This document shows, piece after piece, positions 50,451-61,754 of a stretch of DNA of 64,000 nt. The notes under the pieces are model-generated. The model had not been told where the DNA came from. It saw nothing but the letters and a program-made list of their open reading frames with translations, and ran no database searches. The position numbers were made by a program, and so were the translations under genes. The DNA comes from Squalus acanthias (Eukaryota): contig CM059425.1 in the NCBI GenBank assembly GCA_030390025.1, forward strand, positions 164,488,001 through 164,552,000, in the 5' to 3' direction. The stretch's first letter is position 1, and every line of letters starts with the position of its first letter.

Positions 50451-50582
50451 CTTATCATAGGAGACATCATCAAACATTTCCTGGATCTCTGCAGGGTTTT
50501 CTACTGGAGTTGATACCGGATGTGAAGAATTGAAGGCATCTACTTCCATTGCACTGAAACATTTGTGTAGGAAGAATTCTTT
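50451..50582 (-). CDS. ERAP1: ERAP1 exon 8 equivalent
   Basis: KEFFLHKCFSAMEVDAFNSSHPVSTPVENPAEIQEMFDDVSYDK, 132 nt, cacag|...|gtaaat. Includes the catalytic Tyr (human Y438) in VSYDK. Confidence 0.97.
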
Positions 50583-52050
50583 CTGTGAGAAACAAAATGA
50601 TTTAGATTTTAGTTATGGAATTTCATATTCACACCTTACACACGTAACTCTTTCCAATACTATACAGCTGGTGATGAGTAATCTATTATTTAAACAAAGC
50701 TGAACAAATGTCTAAGAGTCATTAGTGCATTAACAGTCAGTGCCACAGAGCTGGGACAGACTTGGGTTTGGATTGTGCTGTACTTAGTGCCTTTCTCAGG
50801 CACTGAATAGAATCTTTGGTATTCCCTGATAGGAAGAAATAAAATCAGAGGGGAAAGCAATGCCTGGCTGGTCCTTCGTGCTTCCTTATAGCCAGTTACA
50901 GGAATCAGTGGCAGAGACGTGGGAGTAGGTCATGCATCCATCCTCTTGCCTATTGAGGTATCAAGACTTGGTTAAAGTGGACTGGGAAAATATATTACAG
51001 GATAAGACTGTAGAAAAGCAGTGGCAAACATTTAAGGAGATATTTCATAACTCTCAGCAAAGATATATTCCAGTGAGAAAGAAAGGCTCGAAGAGAAGGA
51101 TGAACCATCCGTGGCTAACTAAAGAAGTAAAGGATGGTATTAAATTGAAAACAAAAGCATACAATTTTGCAAAGAATAGTGAAAGGCCAGAGGATTGGGA
51201 AATTTTTAAAAAGCAGCAAAGGACAACTAAAAAAATGATAGAGAGAAGATAGCTTATGAGAGTAAGCTAGTAAGAAATATAAAAACAGACAGTAAGAGCT
51301 TCTACAGGTATATAAAAAGGAAGAGAGTAGCTAAAGTAAACGTTGGTCCCCTAGAGGATGAGTCTGGGGAATTAATAATGGGAAACGGCGGAGACCTTGA
51401 ACAAATATTTTGTATTGGTCTTCACGGTAGAAGACACTAAAAGCATCCCAACAATGGATAATCAAGGGGCTATTGGGGTGGGGGGGGGGGGGGGGAGCTT
51501 AAAACAATCACTATCACTAGAGAGAAAGTACTAGGCAAACTAATGGAACTAAAAGGTGGACAAGTCCCCTGGACCCGATGGCGTGCATCCTAGAGTCTTA
51601 AAAGAGGTGGCTGCAAAGATAGTGGATGCAATCTACCAAAATTCCCTGGATTCTGGAGAGGTCCCAGCGGACTGGAAAACCACAAATGTAACGCCCCTAT
51701 TTAAGAAAGGAGGGAGACAGAAAGCAGGCAACTATCGACCAGTTAGCCTAACAGGAAAATGCTGGAGTCCATCATTAAGGAAGTGATAGCAGGACATTTT
51801 GAAAATCATAATGTAGTCAAGCAGAGTCAGTATGGTTTTATGAAAGGGAAATCATGTTTGACAAATTTGCTGGAGTTCTTTGAGGACGTAACGAGCAGGG
51901 TGGATAAAGGGGAACCAGTAGATGTCGTGTATTTGGATTTCCAGAAGGCATTCGATAAGGTGCCACATAATAGGTTACTACACAAGATAAGAGCTCACGG
52001 GGTTGGGGGTAATATATTAGCATGGATAGAGGATTGGCTAACTAACAGGA

Positions 52051-54434
52051 ACCAACCAGAGATCAGGCCATCTTAGACTAGGTATTATGTAATGAGAAAG
52101 GATTAATTGGCAATCTTGTTGTGCAAGGCCCCTTGGGTCGGAGCGATCATAATTTGATCGAATTCTTCATTAGGATAGAGAGTGAAGTAGTTGACTCAGA
52201 GACTAGGGTCCTGAATTTAAATAAAGGAAACTACGATGGTATGAGGTGCAAGTTGGGTAGGATTGATTGGGGAATGTCACTCAAAGGGTTGACGGTGGAT
52301 AGGCAATGGCAAACATTCAAAGACCGCATGGACGAACTACAGAATTTGTTCATCCCAGTGTGGCATAAGAACAAAACAAAAAGGGTGACTCAACCGTGGC
52401 AAACAAGGGAAATTAGGGATAGCATAAGATCCAACGAGAGGGCATATAAATTGGCTAGAAAAAGCAGTAACCCTGTGGATTGGGAGCAGTTTAAGATTCA
52501 ACAAAGGAGGACAAATTGATTAATTAAGAAAGGGAAAATAGAATACGAGAGTAAGCTTGCAGGGAACATAAAAACTGACTGTAAAAGCTTTTATAGATAT
52601 GTGAAGAGAAAAAGATTAGTGAAATCAAGCATAGGTCCCTTGCAGTCAGAATCAGGGGAATTTATAATGGGGAACAAAGAAATGTCAGGCCAATTAAATA
52701 CATATTTTGGTTCTGTCTTCACAAAGGAGGACACAAATAACCTCCCAGAGATGTTGGGGAACATAGGGTCTGATGAAAGGGAGGGACTGAAAGAAATCAG
52801 TATTTGTAGGGAAATGGTGTTAGGGAAATTGAAGGCCGATAAATCCCCAGGGCCTGATAATCTACATCCTAGGGTACTTAAGGAAGTGGCCCTAGAAATA
52901 GTAAATGCATTGCTGGTCATCTTCCAAAATTCTATAGACTCTGGAACAGTACCCATGGATTGGAGGGTAGCTAATGTTACCCCACTATTCAAAAAGGGTG
53001 GTAGAGAGAAAACGGGGAATTACAGACCGGTAAGCCTGACATCGGTAGTGGGCAAAATGCGAGAGTCCATTATAAAAGATGTAATAGCTGAGCACTTGAA
53101 AAACAGTGACAGGATCGGACAAAGTCAACCTGGATTTACAAAAGGTAAATCATGCTTGACTAATCTACTGGAATTTTTTGAGGATGTAACTGGTAAAATA
53201 GATAAGGGAGAACCAGTGGATGTGGTGTATTTGGACTTCCAAAAGGCTTTTGATAAGGTCCCGCATAAGAGATTAGCATGTAAAGTTAAGGCACATGGGA
53301 TTGGGGGCAAGGTATCGACTTGGATAGAGAACTGGTTGGCAGACAGAAAGCAAAGAGTTGGAATAAACGGGTCTTTTTCCGAGTGGCAGGCAGTGACTAG
53401 TGGGCTACCGCAGGGATCGGTCCTTGGACCCCAGCTATTCACAATATATATTAATGATCTAGACAAGGGAACTATATGTAATATCTCCAAGTTTGCAGAC
53501 GACACAAAGCTGGGTGGGCGTGTGCGCTGCGAGGAGGATGCCGAGAAACTCCAGGATGATTTGGACAGGTTGGGTGATTGGGCAGAAGCGTGGCAGATGC
53601 AATATAACGTGGATAAATGCGAGGTTATCCACTTTGGTGTCAAAAACAGAAAGGCAGATTATTATCTGAATGACAATAGATTGGGAGAAGGGGAAGTGCA
53701 ACGAGACCTGGGTGTCCTTGTGCACCAGTCGCTGAAGGTAAGCATGCAGGTGCAGCAGGCGGTTCAGAAGGCAAATGGTATGTTGGCCTTCATAGCGAGA
53801 GGGTTTGAGTACAGGAACAAGGATGTCTTGCTGCAGTTGTACAGGGCCTTGGTGAGACCACACCTTGTGTACTGTGTGCAGTTTTGGTCGCCTTATCTGA
53901 GGAAGGATGTTCTTGCCATGGAAGGAGTTCAGCGAAGATTCACAAGGCTGATACTGAGATGGCAGGAATGACGTATGAAGAGAGATTGGGTCGATTGGGC
54001 TTATACTCGCTGGAGTTTAGAAGAGAGGGGATCTCATTGAAACTTATAAAATTCTGACAGGACAGGACAGGACAGAACAGGACAGAACTAGATGCAGGAA
54101 GGATGTTCCCGATGGTCGGGGAGTCCAGAACCATGGGTTACAGTCTAAGGATAAGGGGTAAGCCATTTAGGACAGAAATGAGGAGGAATTTCTTCACCCA
54201 GAGAGTGGTGAACCTGTGGAATTCTCTGCCACAGAAGACAGTAGAGGCCAATTCATTAAATAGATTCAAGAAGGAGTTGGATATATTTCTTAAGGCTAAA
54301 GGGATCAAGGGATATGGGGAGAAAGCAGGGACAGGGTACTGAATTTGGATGATCAGCCATGATCGCATTGAATGGCGGAGCAGGCTAGAGGGGCCGAATG
54401 GCCTACTCCTGCTCCTATCTTCTATGATTCTATG
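52051..54434 (+). mobile_element. 5'-truncated CR1 with 456-aa open RT frame (52601-53971)
   Basis: RT motifs [14 protein letters not shown]; hairpin tail and ttctatg repeats; (GACAG)n expansion at ~54056-54086. Confidence 0.93.
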
Positions 54435-54442
54435 AAAACAGA

Positions 54443-56919
54443 TACATATAGATTGGGCTAACCAAATTAGTAACAATACTGTGGAGGAGGAATTCCTAGA
54501 GTGTATACGGGATGGTTTCCTGGACCAATATGTCGAGGAACCAACTAGAGATCAGGCCATCTTAGACTGGGTATTATGTAATGAGAAAGGATTAATTAGC
54601 AATCTTGTTGTGCGAGGCCCCTTGGGGAGGAGCAATCATAATATGATCGAATTCTTCATTAAGATGGAGAGTGAAGTAGTTGACTCAGAGACTAGGGTCC
54701 TGAATTTAAATAAAGGAAACTACGATTGTATGAGGCGCAAGTTGGCTAGGGTGGATTGGGGAGCGATACTTAAAGGGTTGACGGTGGATAGGCAATGGCA
54801 AACATTTAAAGATCACATGGATGAACTACAGAATTTGTTCATCCCTGTTTGGCATAAAAATAAAACAAAAAAGGTGACTCAACCGTGGCTAACAAGGGAA
54901 ATTAGGGATAGCATAAGAGCCAAGGAGAGGACATATAAATTGGCCAGAAAAAAGCAGCAAACCTGAGGATTGGGAGCAGTTTAGGATTCAGCATAGGAGG
55001 ACAAAGGGATTAATTAAGAGGGGGAAAATAGAATATGAGAGTAAGCTTTCAGGGAACATAAAAACTGACTGTAAAAGCTTCTATAGATATGTGAAGAGAA
55101 AAAGATTGGTGAAGTCAAGCGTAGGTCCCTTGCAGTCAGAATCAGGGGAATTTATAATGGGGAACAAAGAAATGGCTGACGAATTAAATACATACTTTTG
55201 TTCTGTCTTCACAAAGGAGGACACAAATAAACTCCCAGAGATGTCGGGGAACATAGGGTCTAATGAGAAGGTGGAATTGAATGAAATCAGTATTTGTAGG
55301 GAAATAGTGTTAGGGAAATTGACGGGATTGAAGGCCGATAAATCCCCAGGGCCTGATAATCTACATCCTAGGGTACTTAAGGAAGTGGCCCTAGAAATAG
55401 TAGATGCATTGCTGGTCATCTTTCAAAATTCTATGGACTCTGGAACAGTTCCCATGGATTGGAGGATAGCTAATGTAACCCCACTATTTAAAAAAGGTGG
55501 TAGAGAGAAAACGGGGAATTATAGACCGGTAAGCCTGACATCGGTAGTGGGCGAAATGCTAGAGTCCATTATAAAAGATGTAATAGCAGAGCACTTGGAA
55601 AACAGTGACAGGATCGGACAAAGTCAACATGGATTTACAAAAGGGAAATCATGCCTGACTAATCTACTGGAATTTTTTGAGGATGTAACTGGTAGAATAG
55701 ATAAGGGAGAAACAGTGGATGTGGTGTATTTGGACTTTCAGAAGGCTTTCGATAAGGTCCTGCATAAGAGATTAGTGTGCAAAGTTAAAGCACATGGGAT
55801 TGGGGGTGAGGTACTGATTTGAATAGAGAACTGGTTGGCAGACAGGAAGCAAAGAGTTGGAATAAACGGGTCTTTTTCCGAGTGGCAGGCAGTGACTAGT
55901 GGGGTACCACAGGGATCGGTGCTAGGACCCCAGCTATTCACAATATATATAAATGATCTAGACGAGGGAACTAGATGTAATATCTCCAAGTTTGCAGACG
56001 ACACAAAGCTGGGTGGGCGTGTGTGCTGTGAGGAGGATGCAGAGAAACTCCAGTATGATTTGGACAGGTTGGGTGATTGGGCAGATGCATGGGAGATGCA
56101 GTATAATGTGGATAAATGCGAGGTTATCCACTTTGGTGGCAAAAACAGGAAGACAGATTATTATCTGAACGGCAATAGATTGGGAAAAGGGGAAGTGCAA
56201 TGAGATCTGGGAGTCCTTGTGCACCAGTCGCTGAAGGTAAGCATGCAGGTGCAGCAGGCGGTTAAGAAGGCAAATGGTATGTTGGCCTTCATAGCGAGAG
56301 GATTCGAGTACAGGAGCAAGGATGTCTTGCTGCAGTTGTACAAGGCCTTGGTGAGACCACACCTTAAGTATTGTGTGCAGTTTTGGTCGCCTTATCTGAG
56401 GAAGGATGTTCTTGCCATGGAGGGAGTGCAGCGAAGATTTACCAGACTGATACCTGGAATGGCAGGAATGACGTATGAAGAGAGATTGGGTTGATTAGGC
56501 TTATATTCGCTAGAGTTTCGAAGAATGAGAGGGGATCTCATTGAAACTTATAAAATTCTAACAGGACTAGACAGACTAGATGCAGGAAGGATGTTCCCGA
56601 TGGCGGGGGAGTCCAGAACCAGAGGTCACAGTCTAAGGATATGGGGTAAGCCATTTAGGACTGAGATGAGGAGGAATTTCTTCACCCAGAGAGTCGGTGA
56701 ACCTGTGGAATTCTCTACCACAGAAGGCAGTTGAGGCCAATTCATTAAATATATTCAAGAAGGAGATAGATATATTTCTTAAGGCTAAAGGGATCTGGGG
56801 AGAAAGCAGGGACAGGGTACTGAATTTGGATGATCAGCCATGATCTCATTAAATGGCGGAGCAGGCTCGAGGGGCCGAATGGCCTGCTCCTATCTTCTAT
56901 GTTTCTATTCTATGCTTCT
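54443..56919 (+). mobile_element. 5'-truncated CR1, near-identical to 16682-19155
   Basis: Collinear with the 15.5-19.1 kb copy; TSD AGA at 54440-54442 and 56920-56922. Confidence 0.93.
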
Positions 56920-58504
56920 AGAGAGTCGGGAAAAATGGACCATTTTCAGGTTGGCAAACTGGAACTAGTGGGGTGCCACAGGGATCGGTGCTGGGGCCTC
57001 AACTATTTACCATCTATTTTAATGACTTGGATGAAGGGACTGAATGTAATGTAGCCAAATTTGCTGACGATACAAAGATAGGTGGGAAAGCAAATTGTGT
57101 GGAGGATGCAAAGAATCTTCAAAGGGATAAAGATAGGCTAAGTGAGTGGGCAAAAATCTGGCAGATGGAGTTTAATGTGGGAAAATGCAAGGTTATCCAC
57201 TTTGGTAAGAAAAATAAAAAAGCAAATTATTATATAAATGGGGAGAGATTACAAAATGCTGAGGTACAGAGGGATCTGGGGGTCCTTGTACATGAATCAC
57301 AAAAAGCTAGCATGCATGCATGCAAGTAATTAGGAAGGCGAATGGAGTGTTGGCCTTTATTGCAAAGGGAATGGAGTATAAAAGTAGGGAAGTCCTGTTA
57401 CAACTGTACAGGGTGTTGGTGAGACCACACCTGGAGTACTGCGTACAGTTTTGGTCTCCTTATTTAAGGAAGGATATACTTGCATTGGAGGCAGTTCAGA
57501 GATTCAGTGATTCCGGAGATGAAGGGCTTATCTTATGAAGAAAGGTTGAGCCTATACTCATTGGAGTTTAGAAGAATGAGAGGGGATCTTATTGAAACAT
57601 ATAAGATTCTGAAGGGGCTTGACAGGGTAGATAAGATTCTGAAGGGGCTTGACAGGGTAGATGCAGAGAGGATGTTTCCCCTCGTGGGGGAATCTGGAAC
57701 TAGGGGGCATAATTTCAGAATAAGGGGGCACCCTTTTAAATCGGAAATGAGGAGCAATTTCTTCTCTGAGGGTCGTGAATCCTTGGAATTCTCTTCCCCA
57801 GAGAGCTGTGGAGGCTGGGTCATTGAATATATTTAAGGTGGAGATAGACAGATTTTTGAACGATAAGGGAGTCAAGGGTTATGGGGAGTGGGCAGGGAAG
57901 TGGAGTTGAGGCCAAGATCAGATCAGCCATGATCTTCTTGAATGGTGGAGCAGGCTCGAGGGGCCGAATGACCAACTCCTGCTCCTACGTCTTATGTACT
58001 TATGTTCAAACCAGGAAGATGAATTGGAGGCCATGACAAAAATGTAGTATTTTTGTCCGTCTAATTTAGATAAGCAGTTTAAACTGCAGCTCTAAATCTT
58101 GTAGTATTCTTAACGTGATACAATGTTGCAAGTTTTGGCATTTACAGGATTTAGAGAAGAAGAATTCAAGTTTAAACAATGCTGAGTTACTGGTTCAGTT
58201 TATTTATGGTTGACGGCGCCTTTTCAAATCGGAGTTGTCAGTTATTCAAAATTCAGGAAGGTCCAATTACTTTTTTCTGGGATCTGAAGAATTGTTATGT
58301 TTGAATCTGGAGTTAAGCTGAAAATCTAAGAAAGGAAAGCAGCCAGTTCACTGATTGCAGGCTCGGGGGCGGGAGGGAGTCCACAGCACAGCCTGTGGAG
58401 GAGCAGTGAACGACAGACCGCAACTTCAGGATTTCCGTGTTAGGCTGTGCATGCGCTAAATCCTGAAGTTGTGGTCAGTTTCAGAGGCGAAATGAGGAGG
58501 ATTT

Positions 58505-58900
58505 CAGGACTTCAGGAGGACACAGACACTGGGCAAATGAAATTTAATGTAGAGAACTGTGAAGTGATACATTTTGGTAGGAAGAATGAGGAGAGGCAAA
58601 ATAAACTAAATGGTACAATTTTAAAGGGGGTGCCGGAACAGAGACTTAGGGGTGTATGTATATACACAAATCTTTGAAAGTGGCAGAACAAGTTGAAGAG
58701 GCTGTTAAAAAAGCATATGGGATCCTTGGCTTTATTAATAGAGGCAGAAAGTACAAAAGCAAGGAAGTTATGCTAAGCCTTTATAAAACACTGGTTAGGT
58801 CTCAGCTGGAGTATTGTGTCCAATTCTGGGCAACACACTTTAGGAAGGACATCAAGGCCTTGGAGAGGGTGCAGAAGAGATTTCTTGAATGGTACCAGGA
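58505..58900 (+). mobile_element. CR1 RT C-terminal fragment (another subfamily)
   Basis: QMKFNVENCEVIHFGRKN...LYKTLVRSQLEYCVQFW. Confidence 0.85.
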
Positions 58901-59889
58901 TTTACAAAAGGTTAGCTTAGCATTTAATGCTGCAATTCTTTTATCAGGTGCAAAGATTTATAGGATTATATAACTATTTCATGAATGTTACTATTTGTTC
59001 ACCTTTTGTTAAATGTATTTGCTTAATAGTTTTAAACTTAAAACAATGTCCAAAGGCATGATATTCATGCATTGAAGACAAGATATGAAGGTATGGATAA
59101 TTCCAGTAGTTAAAAATATCTAATAGAAAGGTTCTTCTGTTTATTATGCTTGATCACATTGTTGACAGCTTCCCTAGCTATCAAGGCTAGTTGAACACAC
59201 TTTTTAAGGCTTAAGGAGTTGGGACCTACTGATTAAAGTGATCTAAAATATAGAAGCTGAATAGAATCAAGAGTAAGAAGGGTAGAAAAGACCCAAAAAC
59301 ATAACAGAGAAAATAAAATTGTAGTTAAAGGAGGAAACTTGCCCAAAGATTATTCTTGTGAAAAGGAAAGTGAAAATAACATTTCATTTTATTTGGAATA
59401 ATACCTAATACCTCTGTTATACTGTTTGCTGTATAAGTACTGTCGTAAGAATGAGCCTTACGCGTGGTGAACTTAAAGTAAGCTTTAATCAACTAAAAAG
59501 GTGCTACATACAAAAGAGGTCTTACTCTATGCCTCTCCAGGATCCAACTGATCAGCCCAGTATTTATCCTGGACTAATCACAGGAAGTGATGTAATAAAG
59601 TTCAAGTCACAGGAAGCTGTATTGTGTTACCACAAGTACCAACTGAGTGCGAAGAATGGGGAATACCAAGTTATACTGGCCATTTGCATTACTACAGAGG
59701 GAATGAGTGAATTAGAGCTTTATAAGTGCACACTCCAACACACAAACCAACAGGGTGCAATTTGTGCTGGATTCCCTACTGTGATTCTATTTTTTTAAGT
59801 GATTGACACCATAGGCAGGACAGTCAACTCCAGTTAATGAGAAAGAAATGGATTGCTGATACAGGAGGAAAAGTAGGTAAATAACATGA

Positions 59890-60083
59890 TGTGGTTTGTA
59901 CCAGCTGCAGTTACACTGTGGTTTGTACCAGCTGCAGTTACACTGTGGTTTGTACCAGCTGCAGTTACACTGTGGTTTGTACCAGCTGCAGTTACACTGT
60001 GGTTTGTACCAGCTGCAGTTACACTGTGGTTTGTACCAGCTGCAGTTACACTGTGGTTTGTACCAGCTGCAGTTACACTGTGG
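59890..60083. repeat. Perfect 27-bp minisatellite, 7 copies plus 5 bp
   Basis: Unit TGTGGTTTGTACCAGCTGCAGTTACAC, no spacers, no mismatches. Confidence 0.97.
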
Positions 60084-60448
60084 CTAACACAAAGCAGAAT
60101 CATTTTGAGACCACCATTCTTGAAAGTGCATTTATTTATGTTGCCACCAACATCACCAGGAGGCTTTCCAACGCTCCCTATGGAGCTGCTTCATTGAAAA
60201 TCTCAGTGTGCTACCAGCCCTAAACATGCAATAAAACAGAAAAAGTAATAGAGCAATTACAAAACAGTAGACTAATCAAAGGATTCAGATTACAGTTTAT
60301 AACAATCATTGAGAGCCTTAGATTAGACCACAGTTCAACCATCATTCCTTGGTACGAAAGCAAAAGCAGATGCTGGAAATCTGAAATAAAAACAGAAAAT
60401 GCTGGAAATACTCAGCAGGTCAGGCAGCATCTGTGGAGAGAGAAACAG

Positions 60449-60485
60449 AGTTTACGTTTCAGGCCGATGACCTTTCGTCAGAACT
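60449..60485 (-). ncRNA. Minimal type-I hammerhead ribozyme motif, same sense as ERAP1 pre-mRNA
   Basis: agtt-CTGACGA-a-aggtc-atc-ggcct-GAAA-cg-TA-aact: intact core, palindromic ACGT stem III, GUA cleavage triplet, 4-bp stem I. Confidence 0.8.
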
Positions 60486-61023
60486 GGAAAAAGTTAGAGA
60501 TGCAACAGATTTTAAGCAAGTGCAGGGGCAGGGAAAGGGGGAAGGGAGGCAAGAACAAAAGGGAAGGTCTGTGATAGGATGGAAGGCAGGAGTGATTAAA
60601 AGACAAAAGGGCTGATGGTGCAAGGCAAAAGGAAATGGTAACGGGACAAGTTAAGAAACAAAAGATGAGTCTAGAGGAGGTGTAAATGGGAATGGCAGAA
60701 TCATCAACAGTTGCCATGTGAAGAAATAGGGGCAGAGGTTATAGTTTGAAATTGTTAAACTCTGTTGAGTCCAGAAGGCTGTAAAGTGCCTAATCGAAAG
60801 AAGAGGTGCTGTTCCTCGAGCTTGTGTTGAGCTTTATTGGAACAGTGTAAGAAGCAGAGGATGGAGAGGTCAGCATGAGAGTGGAGCGGAGAATTAAAGT
60901 GACACGCAGCCGGAAGCTTGGGGTCATGCTTACGGACTGAACGGAGGTGTTCCGCAAAGCGATCACCCAATCTGCGTTTGGTCTCCCCAGTGGGGAGACC
61001 GCATCGTGAACAGCGAATACAAT

Positions 61024-61737
61024 GGCCCAAAAATTTGTGTTGATACGCGAGAGTACGCACTGTGTACTCTCGCGTATTCTGTCTCCAATTGCCGGTTTTC
61101 TGCATGCACTGCGCATGCGCTGAAAACCGGCACTTGGTGAATGGAAAAGGGGGCGGTTCCTAAGTGAACCGCGTGCGCGCTACAGGCTGCGCGCATGCAG
61201 TGCACTTAGTGGTTTCAACGCGCAGGTAAGTATGGAAGATTTTACACATAAAAAAAGGAGTAAGACCCACTTTTAACAAGGTAAGTAGTGAATTAAGTAT
61301 TATTTTGAATTTTTTTTTAACAGGTATATCTTTTTTAGAGACTTGACAGGTAACTTTATTTTTTATAACTTTTAAAAAATTTATTTTTTATTTAAAATGG
61401 TTAATTTATTTAACTATACTTATTTTATTAATGTGATTTTTTTTTAAATTTAATTGAGGTTTAGCTGTTCTTTTGGGGGGCTATAGTATTCATAGCTTTC
61501 ACAGCACTTATGTAAAAGTTATGAATGGAAGATGGTGTGCTGCCATTGGCTCTAACTGAGTCACGTGATCCCACAGCTCGCACGAATTAACTGCGCCTGT
61601 GGGATACGCAAGCCCAGCACAGCAGCTGTCCAGAACATCAAGTTCGTGCGAGCTGGAACTGAAAAAGCCAACGCGCAGTGAGAGATCGCGGGGAAGCCTT
61701 ACCCTCGCACGAAGGCTTCCTCACGAATTTTTGGGCC
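61024..61737. mobile_element. 714-bp MITE, TIR GGCCCAAAAATT; inverted relative to the 26494-27227 copy
   Basis: TSD AAT at 61021-61023 and 61738-61740; removing it restores the Penelope frame (cagcgaatacaatatactaaattg). Confidence 0.92.
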
Positions 61738-61754
61738 AATATACTAAATTGCAA

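Larger units (their letters stand above)
11735..50582 (-). other. ERAP1: ERAP1 gene, 3' portion (exons 8-19); intron 7 continues past the window end
   Basis: 12 exons with canonical GT-AG and compatible phases. Sizes 132,132,84,170,80,184,157,185,162,141,82,153 closely track human ERAP1 exons 8-19. Confidence 0.95.
50965..58007 (+). mobile_element. Older CR1 (50965-52050, 54435-54442, 56920-58007) hosting two younger CR1 insertions
   Basis: WIEDWLTNR | KQ | RVG rejoins across the insertions; internal 30-bp tandem duplication at 57601-57660. Confidence 0.88.
60358..61753 (-). mobile_element. Penelope-like element 3' part: GIY-YIG endonuclease and terminal repeat, interrupted by a MITE
   Basis: NLVY|CIRCSRCGL..GETKRRLGDRFAEH...HFN...GTLQPSGLN; terminal segment carries a hammerhead motif. 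Confidence 0.9.

Noticed and set aside
11735..50582. Identification as ERAP2 or LNPEP
   Set aside because: MEVDA.NSSHPVSTPVENPA, ICP..FC, SLKENGSQLRCVQQ and apparent CAST adjacency fit ERAP1 better.
52601..53971. Domesticated or active reverse transcriptase gene
   Set aside because: 5'-truncated CR1 copy lacking ORF1 and most of the APE, with a frameshifted C-terminus.
59451..59798. GELKV as a remnant of ERAP1 exon 7 (HPELKV)
   Set aside because: Wrong strand and no WWNDLWLNEG motif; exon 7 must lie beyond the window.
59890..60083. 27-bp repeat as a CRISPR array, or as the repetitive ORFs in the track
   Set aside because: Head-to-tail identical units with no spacers in vertebrate intronic DNA; the ORFs arise only because the 27-nt unit lacks stops in most frames.
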